The translations under genes were made by a program, and so were the position numbers. A stretch of DNA of 64,000 nucleotides. It comes from Octopus bimaculoides (taxonomy: Eukaryota). Numbering within the stretch: position 1 is the stretch's first letter; each line of letters begins with the position of its first letter. Below the pieces are notes generated by a model. The model was not told the DNA's origin and made no database searches. It worked only from the letters and a program-made list of their open reading frames with translations. Shown here piece after piece: positions 23,911 to 37,705 of this stretch. Where the stretch lies: contig NC_068982.1 in assembly GCF_001194135.2 (NCBI RefSeq), positions 90,137,820 through 90,201,819 of the forward strand. Direction: 5' to 3'.

Positions 23911-24344
23911 CCAGCTAGCCCCTGTTACTGATATAATATAAATATTAAGCGAACGCTCAAAGTAGCTTCTTGTACGTGGTATACTAGCCAATAGCCAATT
24001 GTGGTACATTTTTCATGAAAGGTCAATAACTTTTAAGATATTACGTAAAATGTGCTAAGTAGAATTCTCTATCTCACTCGAAGACACATGAAAGTATTTT
24101 CAAAATGATATGAAATCAGAAAATATATGCAGACACCGTCCATAAATAAAACACTCGCATACACATACGTGTCAGTCTATTAACATAGCCATACAAATAC
24201 TTTGATTAGTAGAATAATAAATATAGAGAAATACGTCTCCTTGATACCTTTCTCTCAGTTTCTCTCCCTAAATTCTCTCTCTCTCTCTATGTGTGTTTGT
24301 GTGTGAGTGTATATGTATTATATATATATATATTTGAGTGAGTG

Positions 24345-24470
24345 TGTTCGTGTACGTTAAGGTTACGCGTGACTCTGGAGTGCTCAGCCAGTTGCACGAT
24401 AATTCCACGAACAGACTGTTCTGTTAATCAGATCAATTGGAACACAGGTCGTCATAACCAAAGAAGTGGC
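24345..24470 (+). repeat. Dispersed repeat family C, partial
   Basis: GGAGTGCTCAGCCAGTTGCACGATAATTCCACG matches the reverse complement of 49160-49210. Confidence 0.65.
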
Positions 24471-24704
24471 AGCTTTTATATACATACATAATACGCACGC
24501 ACATATATAAATGTATCGATTGTGGTACATTTCTCAGCAGCAGTTGATTCACTCAGCAGTTGATTCTTCATAAAAGAAGAACCAGTAGTGTACTGGGATC
24601 GATATATTACATTACTTTCTCAAATATATGTAGACTTGCCTCTAAGAAATAATATCGTTTGTATTATTATTGTTTATATATATATATATATATATATATA
24701 CTTA

Positions 24705-24920
24705 TAAAGCCGCAAACTGGCAGAATCATTAGCACGCTGGACAAAATGCTTAGCGTCATTTCGTCCGGCTTTACGTTCTTAATTGAAATTCCGCTGAAGT
24801 CGACTTTGCATTTCATAATTCCGGGATGGATAAATTAAATACCATTTGAGCATTGGGGTCGATGTAATCAGCTTACCGTATCCCTCGAAATTGCTGCCTT
24901 GTGCCAAGATTTAAAATCAC
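24705..24920 (+). mobile_element. SINE family A
   Basis: AACTGGCAGAATCATTAGCACGCTGGACAAAATGCTTAGCG...TGGGGTCGATGTAATC. Confidence 0.8.
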
Positions 24921-27276
24921 TATATACATTAATAAACTTCACATGGCTGAAAGTACTAATCTGAGATAAAAAGAGAAGAGACAAAATAACAGAGCCACCA
25001 ACAAGCCCCAATTTCTATTTAGTTCTCTATATACATAAATATTTATGCACTAAAATGTAAGACATCATTTCTTCTGAACGTGACAGTACTATTCTATGTA
25101 TCCAGGGATAATTACATGAGAAATATTTCCCCATTTGTATAAGACACTAAACTGGAGCATCACACTATTTCTGGACACTTTGTCATGACAACAAGCTAAA
25201 CAGACTTAAAGGGATCAAAGGGAATTCATTCTGAAAGTTTAGTCACAATATAAGTGCTATTCTACTATCTATACATTCTTCAATACTCTTTTAGTTTCAA
25301 TAAGAGATAATTTAAGAATCTTCAGTCAGTGAAGCAGAACAGTGATGTACGGAAAGTGGTAGTTTATGCAACACAAGAATAGAATGAATGGGATATACAT
25401 AAACCGATAATTAAGATGATTAACGTCAATATTATATTATAAATAGAAACTTTGCTACGGTGGTGAGGATTAGAAGTGTGAATTTTCTCCCCCAAGAGCT
25501 TGGTTATGACATATAAAAATGAGAGCGCTTTATAATGTTTCTATTGGCTTTGTGTGAAGTAGGGGAGGTATTCATGGTCTTTTCGCAGGGCCTCTGAGAA
25601 CGGAGTGGTTGCTGTCATTCATGTTTCGTTTAAACAATTGCAATGGATTGTTGCATGAGAAACATGTGCATAAACAGGATCGATGTTGTGGAGGAGAACT
25701 GGTTGCTATAGCGAGTGCGGAGCGTGTGAATGAATATTCTGCGGGTAGAATAAGTGAGACAAGAGTTCCAAAAATAAGTGAGACAAGAGTGCCAGAGCAA
25801 AACACCTCTGCAGCATGTCTCGCAGCATGCATGTTTCCAAGTTTACAAAGGAAGTGTACACTTCTTGCCCATATTCCCACGATTTCTAGAAGACCTGCTG
25901 TAGAGTGAATATCAAGTCGGCTGCGTTGATTTGAAGACTAGAGACACTGTTTACAAGTGGCTTGTTTTATATGTATCAAAACAACCATTAGAAATGATAG
26001 AGTGTGACGATGCATGCTAGAAAGAAAGCACATAAAATACCATTACTCAATCTATCAATCTTTATTGAGATCTATTCCAGCCCCCGAAATCTCTTGATAC
26101 TATATTGCATTGTAAGGAAAAGCAACATTTCTAACTCAGCAAATTACTGGATTAGAGATGTTGCACTTTCTTGTAATGAGAAATCACCTTCTTTCTAAGA
26201 ATTCCAAGGTTACCAATACAGGTGGAAACAACCACTGATCCCTGTGGAACTGTAGAAGCTTTGTAACTGAAACAAGTAAAAGAATAAATGAATACATACA
26301 TACTTGCATACATACAGGCATTATTATATATGAGTAAGCTAAAAGAAAATAATTAGATGGAGCCAATGAAATAATAATCGGTTACAAAATAGACACCGGG
26401 GTCTGATAATTACCATAGATATCTTTGGTGAACTGAGAAGGTAAACAAACGCCTAGAGGTAATTGTTAGTGGTCACACACACACACATGTATATTGCATA
26501 TATATATATATATATATATANNNNNNNNNNNNNNNNNNNNNNNNNNNNNNNNNNNNNNNNNNNNNNNNNNNNNNNNNNNNNNNNNNNNNNNNNNNNNNNN
26601 NNNNNNNNNNNNNNNNNNNNNNNNNNNNNNNNNNNNNNNNNNNNNNNNNNNNNNNNNNNNNNNNNNNNNNNNNNNNNNNNNNNNNNNNNNNNNNNNNTAT
26701 ATATATATATATATATGTATATATATACACATAATATATATATGTGCTTTGGTCATTTATGCATGCGCGATATGTAAACAAAATCAAAGAATTCCATCCC
26801 AGATTGCCACTGCTTCTATAAACAGTAATCTCGAAAATATTATTCGATAAGAACATGGCATTCTGACTTTCTTTAATAGCACAAAATTAGTTCCTACATA
26901 TATCAAGGCAACAGCGTTGCATTACGCTGTTTATAATATTCTTATGCTAAACTGAGATTTCAATTGAATTTATAGCTTCTTTTTACCAATTTTGAAGCCA
27001 TAATATTGATAGCACATTTCTGAATATCTCTATTACATCATTAATTTTAATACAGAAGAATATTGATTCATAAACTTGGTCGATTGCCATGACTGCGTTG
27101 GAGAGGATGGAGTGCACTTAATTTATTCCTTATTTTCTGCTTTGTACTTAATTTATCGACAGGAAATATTTGAACTCAGTGCTTCAGAACAAGGTGACTC
27201 TAAAACTGTGTAACATCTAGTCCAGTACACACCTGTTTCTACTACACATTTACTATCCTTAGTAATTGCTATACTG

Positions 27277-27478
27277 AGGTAGCTAGCTGACAGAATCGCT
27301 GGCGATTCGGACAAAATGTTTATGGTATTTATTCCGGCTCTTTACGTTATGACGTCAAATTCTGTTGAGGCCGATTTTGTTTTCCATCCTTTCGAGGTCA
27401 GTAAAATAAATACCAGTTTGACTCTGGCTTTGGTTTAGTCGACTTTCCCCTCCCACCAAAACTGGCTACCTTGAAACC
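27277..27478 (+). mobile_element. SINE family A, diverged
   Basis: GCTGACAGAATCGCTGGCGATTCGGACAAAATG...CATCCTTTCGAGGTC...AAATACCAGTT. Confidence 0.65.
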
Positions 27479-28039
27479 GCAATTAATCACAGTACGAAAA
27501 GAAAAATAATAATAGAAATCAATATGTCTCGTTGTATTGAAATCGGTGCAGTCATGAGTATGTATTAAGAAGTTTTCTTCACATCAACATTTTGTGGGGT
27601 CTTTTTTTTTCAGTTTTGGTTTTTGTAGCATCTTATCCAACTGCCCATTGCCATTAAAAGTCATCGTCAGTCATAGTTTCAGGTTCACTAAGTGAAATTT
27701 AGTAGACAAAGACTATTAGAGAGAGAGTTACAGATCTGGACGTGGGAGGCTTAGTCTGTCATGCGGTTCAATACCAGCACCATGGTTTGGAGTAACTGCA
27801 TTATCATCTATATTGGTGCAAACAGATCTCCGAAATGAGGATCTGAGGATACTATAACATTCAAGAAGGACACGTTGTATAATGATATCCGACATGAATT
27901 AAGCCTGAAAAGAAAAGATAGGATGATAGAAGCGGCGGAAACACTTTTGATCGCAAGACTTTTTAATCCTACATGATTGGCACCAAACAACAAAAAGAAG
28001 ACAACAGTGGGGTAAATATAATTAAGTGAAAAAAAGGTA

Positions 28040-28190
28040 GCTGTGAGTAAAAATGGTTCACTTCGCAACTATGGGTTTTATGGTTCGAACCCATTGTGCC
28101 GCAACTAGGCAAACTGTCTCCTATTATTGGCTCACACCGATCAAAGTTACCTGAATGAAATTTGATAGACGAAGACTATGGAGAAGTCCA
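28040..28190 (+). mobile_element. SINE family B head
   Basis: GGTTCGAACCC B-box-like motif, then GGCAAACTGTCTCCTA...GGAGAAGTCC as in the other family B heads. Confidence 0.55.
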
Positions 28191-29947
28191 TTTGCAGTAC
28201 CGTTCCTGGGTTTAGTTTATGGTAGGCTCAATCCGTGTCCCAGTTTTGAAACACTGACACATGATTAAGTGTTTTTAGTGCATTCTACTCCATTAGAAAC
28301 ATTCGAATTAAGTATGCACTAATCAAGAAAAACAAAAGCCTTCAACAATCATGGATGCTCCCCTGCTTCGTCTAAATAAACCATAAAGCTATAACACGAA
28401 ACCTGAAATGACTAGATTGTTATTTGATAAACTCGCAATAGCAAGGAACTTAATAGAAATGACATCAATCTTCAAGGTGGAACCGGTTCAGAGATTCGTG
28501 GCGCTACACAGTAGTTGCCCTTATAATTATATAAAGTAAAGTATACTTTTCACAAGATAAGCTATAATATTTTTGGCTTGATGAGAAAGTGTAATATTTA
28601 TCAACTCAGAAATCTAAGTTATAATTCCATGGGGAAAGAGAAACTCTTCTCTTCGAACAACAGTAATATTTGTCCCAACCGCACATGAGCATGTACGTAA
28701 CACATATTTATTACTTATATGTTTATTATGGATATCATTCATTCGTGACATGACATATATTAAGTGCAAAATACGATGTTCAGTGGATTTCATAGCAATA
28801 TTCTGCTTATGTTTCTATACCAAACTTCTACTCTTGAAACAAGAGCATATAGGTACCATAACGGTATCATACTTTCAGAGGTATTTGGACCCTGCATTGC
28901 AATCAGTAGAAATACATGTCCTTTGATAGTGATCCGGCAGGATTGAACATCTATATATATGACATTAATATTACAGCGACTAGTGTCTGTATGTAGAAAT
29001 GTGTACGTTGTACTCATTAATATTATGTTTCTTTGCCATGAACACCGTAAAGTGTCGTTCATAGCACAGGATTGGCTAACGCTTCGCATGAGATGATCTC
29101 CAAAACATAATTATATGTATATGTGTTTGTGTGTCTGTGTGATGCTTGAGATAGAAATATAAAGGAAGAGAGAGAAGGGAAGAGCGGGAGAGGCAAGAGA
29201 GAAAAAAGACATACACAAACGTAAATAGAGAAAACGGCCTCGTACAAAGTCAACGAAACTATTGTTTCCTATGTTCTTTCAGGTACAAATCACGATTGAT
29301 GTGACTTAACTAAATAGGTTATTCCTGTTCATATTGAAAGGAGGATACTGATCTTCTTATATCGTCACATAGTAAATGTCAGAAGATTAACCTGCAGCCA
29401 ATAGCATTCAGCTTGCATGGAAATATATCAGGCTGTAGCTAATATTAGCATACATGGAATGAGATTAATGCTCAACTAATGTTATCTTCATATTTGAAGG
29501 AAGATTAAGCTTACTCCACTGTAATTTCCTGTACATTACACACAACTAATCTATTATCAATAATGTCCCATAAAACGCAGAACGATTAGTGCTCTGGTGA
29601 AAGTATCATCTACCCATATAAGATTAGTTCTTAAGCCAACTTTATCTAACATTCGACGACAAAGTTTAAGTTTTATAGCATCATACCACATAAATAAGAA
29701 AGGCGGTGAATGTATTGCTTTAGGAATAACACACAGTGAAATATAAAACATACAGATATGAAAATATTTTTCAAATACCAAAATTTGTAAAATAAATATT
29801 ATCATTTTTCGTAAAAATAATGTTGTAATCTGAAAATATAAACATACATAAAACAGTATACGCTTGGTATTTCATACATAGGAAATCCTGTGGATTTTAT
29901 ATAAAATATATTTCTGTATTTATACAAATTTCTGTACATATACATTT

Positions 29948-29992
<45 letters not shown>

Positions 29993-31805
29993 CCTTTATA
30001 AGTATAACACAGAGAAGAGCATTACTGATAATATATATATAAAGGTAAACAACAGGATCTACTAGATTACAATAAAAAGAAAGGCGAAGGTTATAAATGA
30101 AAATCAACTTATATATGTATATAATGTATTCAGAGATGATCTTTAGCATATAGTATTCNNNNNNNNNNNNNNNNNNNNNNNNNNNNNNNNNNNNNNNNNN
30201 NNNNNNNNNNNNNNNNNNNNNNNNNNNNNNNNNNNNNNNNNNNNNNNNNNNNNNNNNNNNNNNTATATATATATATATATATATGTATATGTATATATTC
30301 CTTTTCAGATTCTCTAATTCTTGCGGTAGGGAAATGCCTTTATTCTTTTGCTGATTTCTGACTCACACGACTTTTCGAGTCACATATGCCATGCTGTCTT
30401 AGACACCTGACCAGCATGGCTGTAGGTGACACGTAAGCCGAACAGCAGTAGCGAATGGTCCATAATGTTGACATCCATTTTCTCGTAAACAAAATAACAT
30501 TTTGCATTTGTTCGCTCCACATCTGCTTATTATGTCTTGCATGTTTTACAATTCTAACACCAGCAATATATAAATGTATGTAATCTTTGTGTGTACTAGT
30601 CGATCGTATGAAAAGGCTCACATACAATAGTGTGTGTGTGTGTCTGTCTGTCTGTGTGTCTGTTTTTCTATCTGTTTGTCTGCGTGTGTGTATGTACAAA
30701 ATTGTATGTTGTATATGTAGTCCATATACACGTTTGAATATAAAGAAAAATACGAGCGTGATTTTCTTTTGATTTAAACATTTGGTATAGAAATTACAAT
30801 TTTACATTATGGTTGTTCCTGACATTTCGGTGTTATTATATCTCAGTCATAATACATTTTGAAAGCAGAACCATCTCAAACACAAATCAATAGATTATCA
30901 TTTATTTCAGATCCTTTTTATATTTTCTTTTTTTTTTTTTTTTTTTTTTTTGATATCAAACTTCGAAAGAAAATCGTGACCATAATGACAAACACGGAAT
31001 GGTCGGTGTCGAATTTTTGAAACATTGAAGAATATGAAATAATTGCAACATCTGTTGATATTTCAGATATCACCTTACAGCAACTCTAAACACTAAAAGA
31101 AAACCTGGAAGCTTTGCAACAAAACGTTAAATTAAAAGCATTATTATCACAAGAATGAAAAAAAAAATGTTACACTGATCATGTAAAAATATAAGTGTCT
31201 GACCCCTTTATAATGGCGACTTTAGCAAATAAGGTTAAAATACGTGGCGATATAAATTGAATTCTAGTGTGGCAAAGATGAGTGATTACGAGGGAGAAAT
31301 TTGGCTTCTTCAGCTTGTGTTTAGTGAGTGTGATAGAAAGACTGACACAAGTGAGTTTGAAGTGGGAAAAGCTGCCAGAAGAATGAAATGTGAAAGATCG
31401 CAGCTGGAAATAGCGAGCACTGGTTGATTGTGGAGTTGCAGATGGTTGCTGTTAAGTGTGAAGATGCAATCAGAATTCCTCTAAAATGAAAACTAAATCA
31501 CGATAACACTATAACAGGATATCGTGTTAAGATTAAGGCCTAGAGAAAGATAAAGAGAGTCAGTGGGATAAATAGAAAGATGGAGTAGAAAGAGGGAGAG
31601 TGAGAAAGCTAAAAAGATTGTGAGAAAGGGGGAGAGAGGGAAAAAGAGGGAGGTAGAGGCGGGAAAAGGGAGATAATAGATATTATCAACAAACGCACGA
31701 TTTTGTTCATGAGAAGCAGTAGCTTCTTTTATCATAGATTCTATTTCACTTTCGTTTTCCCCAATGCTCATTCAAATACTTCAGCCTAGTCATCTATGTC
31801 TCTAT

Positions 31806-31945
31806 AGGATGTGGTTATGAGATTTGAGAAATTTGCGTCACAACCTCATGGTTCTGGATTGCATACCTCTGTGCAGCATCTTTGTCAAGTGTCTACAACA
31901 CTCTCGGTTCGACGAAAGCTGTGCAAGTGAAAAAAAAAGTAAATA
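31806..31945 (+). mobile_element. SINE family B head, diverged
   Basis: GGATGTGGTTATGAG...CATGGTTCTGG...GTCAAGTGTCTAC, similar to the 6072 and 10215 heads. Confidence 0.5.
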
Positions 31946-32466
31946 CCACTCGCAGCTCTCTTTCTCTCTATATATTACACACAAACACACACATGTGCAC
32001 ACACGCACAGACACACCACATACACACACGTATACACACACACACACATATACATGTGTGTGTGTGTGTGTGTGTGTGTATCAAAGGAAAAGGAAAATAA
32101 AATCAAGGCAGGTCGACTATCTCAGGTCATTTAGAATGTCTAATTAGAGTAAAGTGAATCTACTTCCCCATTTTTGATTCACCTTTTTCTAATTAAATAT
32201 TCAAAATTACCTGAGATATTCGTCCCACCTTGATTATGTTTTCCTTTTCCTTTATGATATACCTATTGACTCGGAAGTCTATTACAGATCCCTAGATCCA
32301 GCCTCAGGTGTGAGCTAGGAACCTAACGGATGACCAATTATGGCACTTACGCCGCGTACCTATTGGTATAGATCATCAGTGAACTGAACTCCTCATATTC
32401 TTTATATGTATATATATATACATATATACATATATATATAATATATAGATAGATAGATAGATAGAC

Positions 32467-32519
<53 letters not shown>

Positions 32520-33016
32520 TGTATACGTACATATATACCGTGTATATATGCATGTATGTATGTGTGTGTGTGTGTATGTATATATGAGAAAAAGTGTAGC
32601 CTTTCTTCAGTATTTAAATTTGCTATTTTGTATCCTTTGATGTTGTATAAAGACTTCTTATTTAAGTCTTGAGTAACTTTTAGTTATTGAAGATTATCCA
32701 TACAGTAAGATATTAAGGATACCCAATTCAATAGAAGGAATTTTGTTATCTTTGTCAATCTACTAGTGTTATCTATAAAAGATACACATCTCTAACGATC
32801 TAACAAATAAGTCCTCTGTAATTTGTATTATATAACTAATAATCAGCTTACATTAATGAAACGTACGTAAGATGGTACACTTAAATATTTCAATTTTTAT
32901 TTTGTTTTGTTTTTTCTATCTGCTCAAACTAGAATTTCATAAGAAAAGAAAATATATAATCACTTATAAGTACTGGTTTCATTTAACGCGATCTAAGGTT
33001 TAAATTGCAATGGAGG

Positions 33017-33102
<86 letters not shown>

Positions 33103-34657
33103 CACACACACACACATAAACACACACACACATAAACACACACACACACACACACACACACAAATGGCTTCCTGAAAAAGCATACGCTTCAGTTTAATTG
33201 CTCCGAAGAAGCGATAAATTGTTGCTTAACCACTCAGTTCTGAGTGTATTGCTCCTTATAGAAGAAACAGCTGTAACCTAATGAAGCTGATTAGGTAATT
33301 CCTGTTCCCTTACACATCCAATGCACATAGATGTGTGAGTATCTCCATGTATGTATATACAGGGCTACATAACAAAGTGTTGATGTGTCGAAAGAAAATA
33401 TCATGCATTTCGATCTCCTCCAGTAGCTTCCCTGTTAGCTTTTCCTTTTGACCTCTTCATTGATCGATCGAACAATACGAAACCAAATAAAGAGTACAAT
33501 AATACGAATAAGTATAATAATTACAAATAAATACAATAAGTATAAATAAGAACAAAGCTAAATAAAGAGAAGATTTATCGCCAAAAATGTTTTGAGCCGG
33601 TGACCCATTATGTCCGCAATTCATTGACTGAAATCAATAACAGAAATAAAAGTATGCGCCAAATTACATAAACTAAGCGTTTTGGATGTTTTTTAAGGTT
33701 GTACGTTGTTATTAATATAAACGATATTTTTTAGGTGCGATTTGAACTTGAAGATGTAATTAAATAATGTGCCACTGTACCATTTCTTTTGCCATACTGC
33801 CTTTTGGTGTTACAAATACAGCTATTCGATAATTTTAAAGGAATGAATAAATTAGATAGGTACTCTGAGACGACCCAAGAATACCATTGGTATATATTTG
33901 AACGTAAGGGTAGAATTTTTTGTTACTTAGCCTTAAGTTATTCTTAGACCAAGGCTCTCTAACTGTGACCGTGGCGTGCCTTTTGTCTATCAGGGATTAT
34001 ATTGTTCAATGTGTCATTTATTTTTTAAGGGGATCGAGTATTGTATTCAGCTGCCGTGGTTATGAGAACAAGTACAGAGTAAAAGTTCCCTTGTTATACA
34101 GAATATCGGCAACAAATTACGAACCATTTTGTTCTAAGACACGTTATCAATTCGTTCATCTGTTGATCTTGTTTGTGCATCATAAACCATGGAAATGATG
34201 ATGTTTCTGATACTTCTGTTCATTGAAGGATCCTGATAAGATATTGACTAAAGGATTTAAAATGTAAACAATGGCTGTCATAAAATCGATTCTTGTTATG
34301 AGTTATGGCATTATTGTTACAAAAGGTTTGCTTTCCTTCACCATTTCCAAGTGCCCTCGTTTCCATCATTGTCTACAGAAGAGATTTATATTCTCCTCCC
34401 ACAGTGCTATATAATTATATTTTATGGAAAATAATCTTGGCCATTTCTAAATACGTTGGTCGTTTCGAGTCAGATAAGTACTTTGCTCTTATTCAGCTGG
34501 TGCTAAATGTATTGCTGGAGGCGGAGATGATTTGATAAAGATAATATTAACATGAGATGATCTTCCACTCACAAGCAGCAAGTCAAATGTTAAGCCAATG
34601 CAACTAAGAGTCTCTCTCTCTCTCGTTCTGTGTGTGTGTGTCTGTGTGTGTGTGTGT

Positions 34658-34706
<49 letters not shown>

Positions 34707-35131
34707 TCTTTCTCTATCTAGAGAAGAGGAAAAAACGGACAAAGGTGAAAAAAATTTGACAGTAGAAAAATATTCAGAGATAATTCACTGTGTATATGCA
34801 TTTGTTACGCGCGCATAGACACGTACGCACGCGCACGCACACACACACAAACACACACACTCACATACCACTTGCCATGTGAACAGATGTCTTCTATATT
34901 ATAGGACATAGTTTTTCTCTTAGCTCATTTATTTTTCTAGGCTATTTTTCTTGTCTCTGATAACGCTATCACCCATAATGTCATATTCTCTTCTGTTTCT
35001 TCCTTAGGTGTATTAAGCTTCACCACACACTTCACTGTTCGTTGTTTCTTTTGTTTTTGCTTTATATTTCTACCATCTTTTAGGCACATGGTTTCACTTG
35101 TCTCTTCAGACTCGTGTTATCAGGGGGATTA

Positions 35132-35453
35132 GTACATACATACATGGTGGTTGTCTACTCCTTACACAGAGTTTGACCAACTCCTGCACCTACAGCTTAT
35201 CTTTTTCATGGCGTCTAATGTGGCTTTTTAAACCAGACAGTGTTTTGAAAAAACACCCACACAGATTGCACCTCTGATTTGCACTACCAATACCTGCAAG
35301 TAAGTTCTGCTCATTGTGGATCCTGACATGTCTTTTAAAACCCCCATTGGATTTGCAAACCCTCTGGCACACATCACATTCAAACGTGTGCACAGACATA
35401 TAATCAGAATAGCTGGTTGAAGTTTGTTTTCCATGGGTTCGCAGGTACATACA

Positions 35454-35458
<5 letters not shown>
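35132..35458 (-). mobile_element. 5'-truncated LINE 3' end (RTE-like) encoding two C2H2 zinc fingers, with (ATGT)n tail
   Basis: Open frame CDVCQRVCKSNGGFKRHVRIH ... CNLCGCFFKTLSGLKSHIRRH-EKDKL* (both C-x2-C-x12-H-x3-H). Short 3' UTR ending in ATGTATGTATGTAC; GTACATACATACAT present on both flanks (35132-35145, 35445-35458). Confidence 0.65.
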
Positions 35459-35485
<27 letters not shown>

Positions 35486-37544
35486 GACGACAGAGAGAGA
35501 TACACATACAGAGAAGGGAAGATAGAGAAAGATATATACAAAGACAGAAGTGGGGAGAATGAAAGAGAGAGAGAGGCATATGGACTGTGTTGTGTTATCT
35601 TCATCAAGATTAATGAGTTAAATGTCGAATGTTTGTTAATTTCGGAGTAAAGAGTATACTTTAGCTATTAACTCGAAACTCAATCACAGTTTAATATTTT
35701 CTCTCCCCGGCTGATTTTACAAGGTTCAGTTTCATTCAACATGCACATGTCTTTGTGAAGTCATTATCCTCCTGGGCACTATTTTCTGAGAGGCCAAAGC
35801 TAGTGAGAGTGCGAAGCTTTTTCACAATTCAAGGATTTTTCGCGTTTACAGCCTTCCATTAACACATCTCTAACACTTAAAGGCGTTGTGACAAGAGACT
35901 GATGAAAATCTAGTAGTTGTCAGCTTGAAACAAGAACTGTGAGTTAATTCTCGTTTTGCGTGTAGGTTATTGAACCTAATATTATCTTCCATATGAAAAA
36001 TATATTGGCGCATTAAGGATGCATGAGTTGCTGTGATAAATAGTCAACCGAAGTTAGAATAACATGATGAAAAATTTGTGTGTTAGAAAATGTAATGCCA
36101 TGTCAAGAGCATTTGGCGTCTTGTTATGTGAGCGAATGAGCAAAGAAGAGTTTGATGGGAGATAATGAATAGTTATCTATAGTGAACATTTGTGTAAAGA
36201 TGGAATAAAAATGATTAACTTTAGTAGCTATAGAAACTAATTGTGTTTCACTGAAATTTATGCAAGGAGAGAAGTGGGGAGCTTGAAGAGTAAGTCTTTT
36301 AATTAGTGGCAGTAATGCAACTACTAGTATGAGAATTAGAAGGTTTTTAATTTGAAAGGTGACTGAAGGCAATACAGGAAATTACATCTGTCATCTAATT
36401 TACAAAAGAAACAAAAATAACATAATTTTCTCACCGTCCCATGCTTTGTTTTTCAACGTGTTCTCCTCTCTCATTTCCGTCACATTTTTGTTCTCCATTT
36501 ATTCTTTGCAAATTTTAGGCTTCCTTTGTGTGTATTTTTCCTTTCATAATTAATACCGTTATTGTCGCTTAGTTCACGGTTAGCTTAATTTAGCATACAT
36601 ATAATCAAAGGAGTTCCAGTCATGACCACCTCATCTTTTGTATTGTCCAGTATATATTTTTTGAAGATGATAGCGTTTGACTTGTAGAAGGATGGGCTAC
36701 TAGTTTTAGTAAGTCGAGCAATGGTTTTAAGGTCCCCTTATTGGTCCAGTTTTATTAATATATTTTTATAGTGTAGATCCAAAGAAATTACACTCTTATC
36801 AATACGTAACTCGTATATTCCACTGTAATACATTTTTTAAACAACTGGCTTAATAAATGTCGCTACTCTCTTCCACAAGTTTTCCAAAGCAATAGATAAA
36901 CCCACGAAGGTATTTAGTTCAAGATTTTCGATTTGATTTTATAACTGGTGTTTTACATCGCCTAAAACCACCGATTTTCAGTTGCAAAGTCGGAGTGAAA
37001 TTTAAAACATTCTACTAGATTTCTTACTTAATTGTTTTGATAACTTAAAAGGCCGCAAGGAAAGCAATGTGACGTACGCAACAAAATATAAGCGAAGTTC
37101 AATCTGTAGGAAAAATTTCTCATTTATTTTTCTCAAACGTTTTTCATTGTACTCAAATATAAATGAAATGAAAATCCTTATTTAAACGTTTAAATATACA
37201 TTATGGAAATTGCAAGTTGGTCGAATAATGCATCACTCTTAATGCTAAATTTATGAAATTTAATTCGAACACACATCCGGTACCGTCACTTACTTATCAT
37301 GTACTACACAACATATGAATATGGGAACACGTCTGCTGTACTATTTCATTATCGTTTCGCCCGAAAACCTGGCAGCACCCTCAGAAAATGTTTAGTGCAA
37401 AAATAATTGAAGAGGATATGAATGTCCATGTTGACTGACTATAACTAAGGTACAGACAAATATATCACTCGTACTTGGAAGTTCAGAGCACGAAGAGCTG
37501 GAACAAATACAGCACAACAATATTACCAGTGTTCTAAGAAGTCC

Positions 37545-37705
37545 ACGAACTCACCGTTCTGGGCTTGTACTTTATTTTATTATCCCCGGACGGTTAGAAA
37601 GCAAAGTTTAACTCGGGAGTAATATAAACTCAGAACGTAAGAACAAAGGTATACAGCAAGACATTTTGTCGGAGGAGCTAAAAATTTTAAGATATTACCG
37701 CCCTA
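37545..37705 (-). mobile_element. SINE family A, diverged
   Basis: GCAAAGTTTAACTC...AAACTCAGAACGTAAG...ACCGCCCTA, the reverse complement of family A. Confidence 0.5.

Noticed and set aside
32351-32399. Minus-strand exon candidate (YEEFSSLMIYTNRYA) with GTAAGT donor
   Set aside because: The acceptor lies in a (TA)n tract with no polypyrimidine stretch.
35190-35445. Exon of a host tandem C2H2 zinc-finger gene
   Set aside because: No splice acceptor, no TGEKP linker, and a retroposon-like tail with duplicated flanks; the LINE reading is preferred but not proven.
35895-35925. CTGATGA...GAAAC hammerhead-like spacing
   Set aside because: No stem II or stem I pairing.
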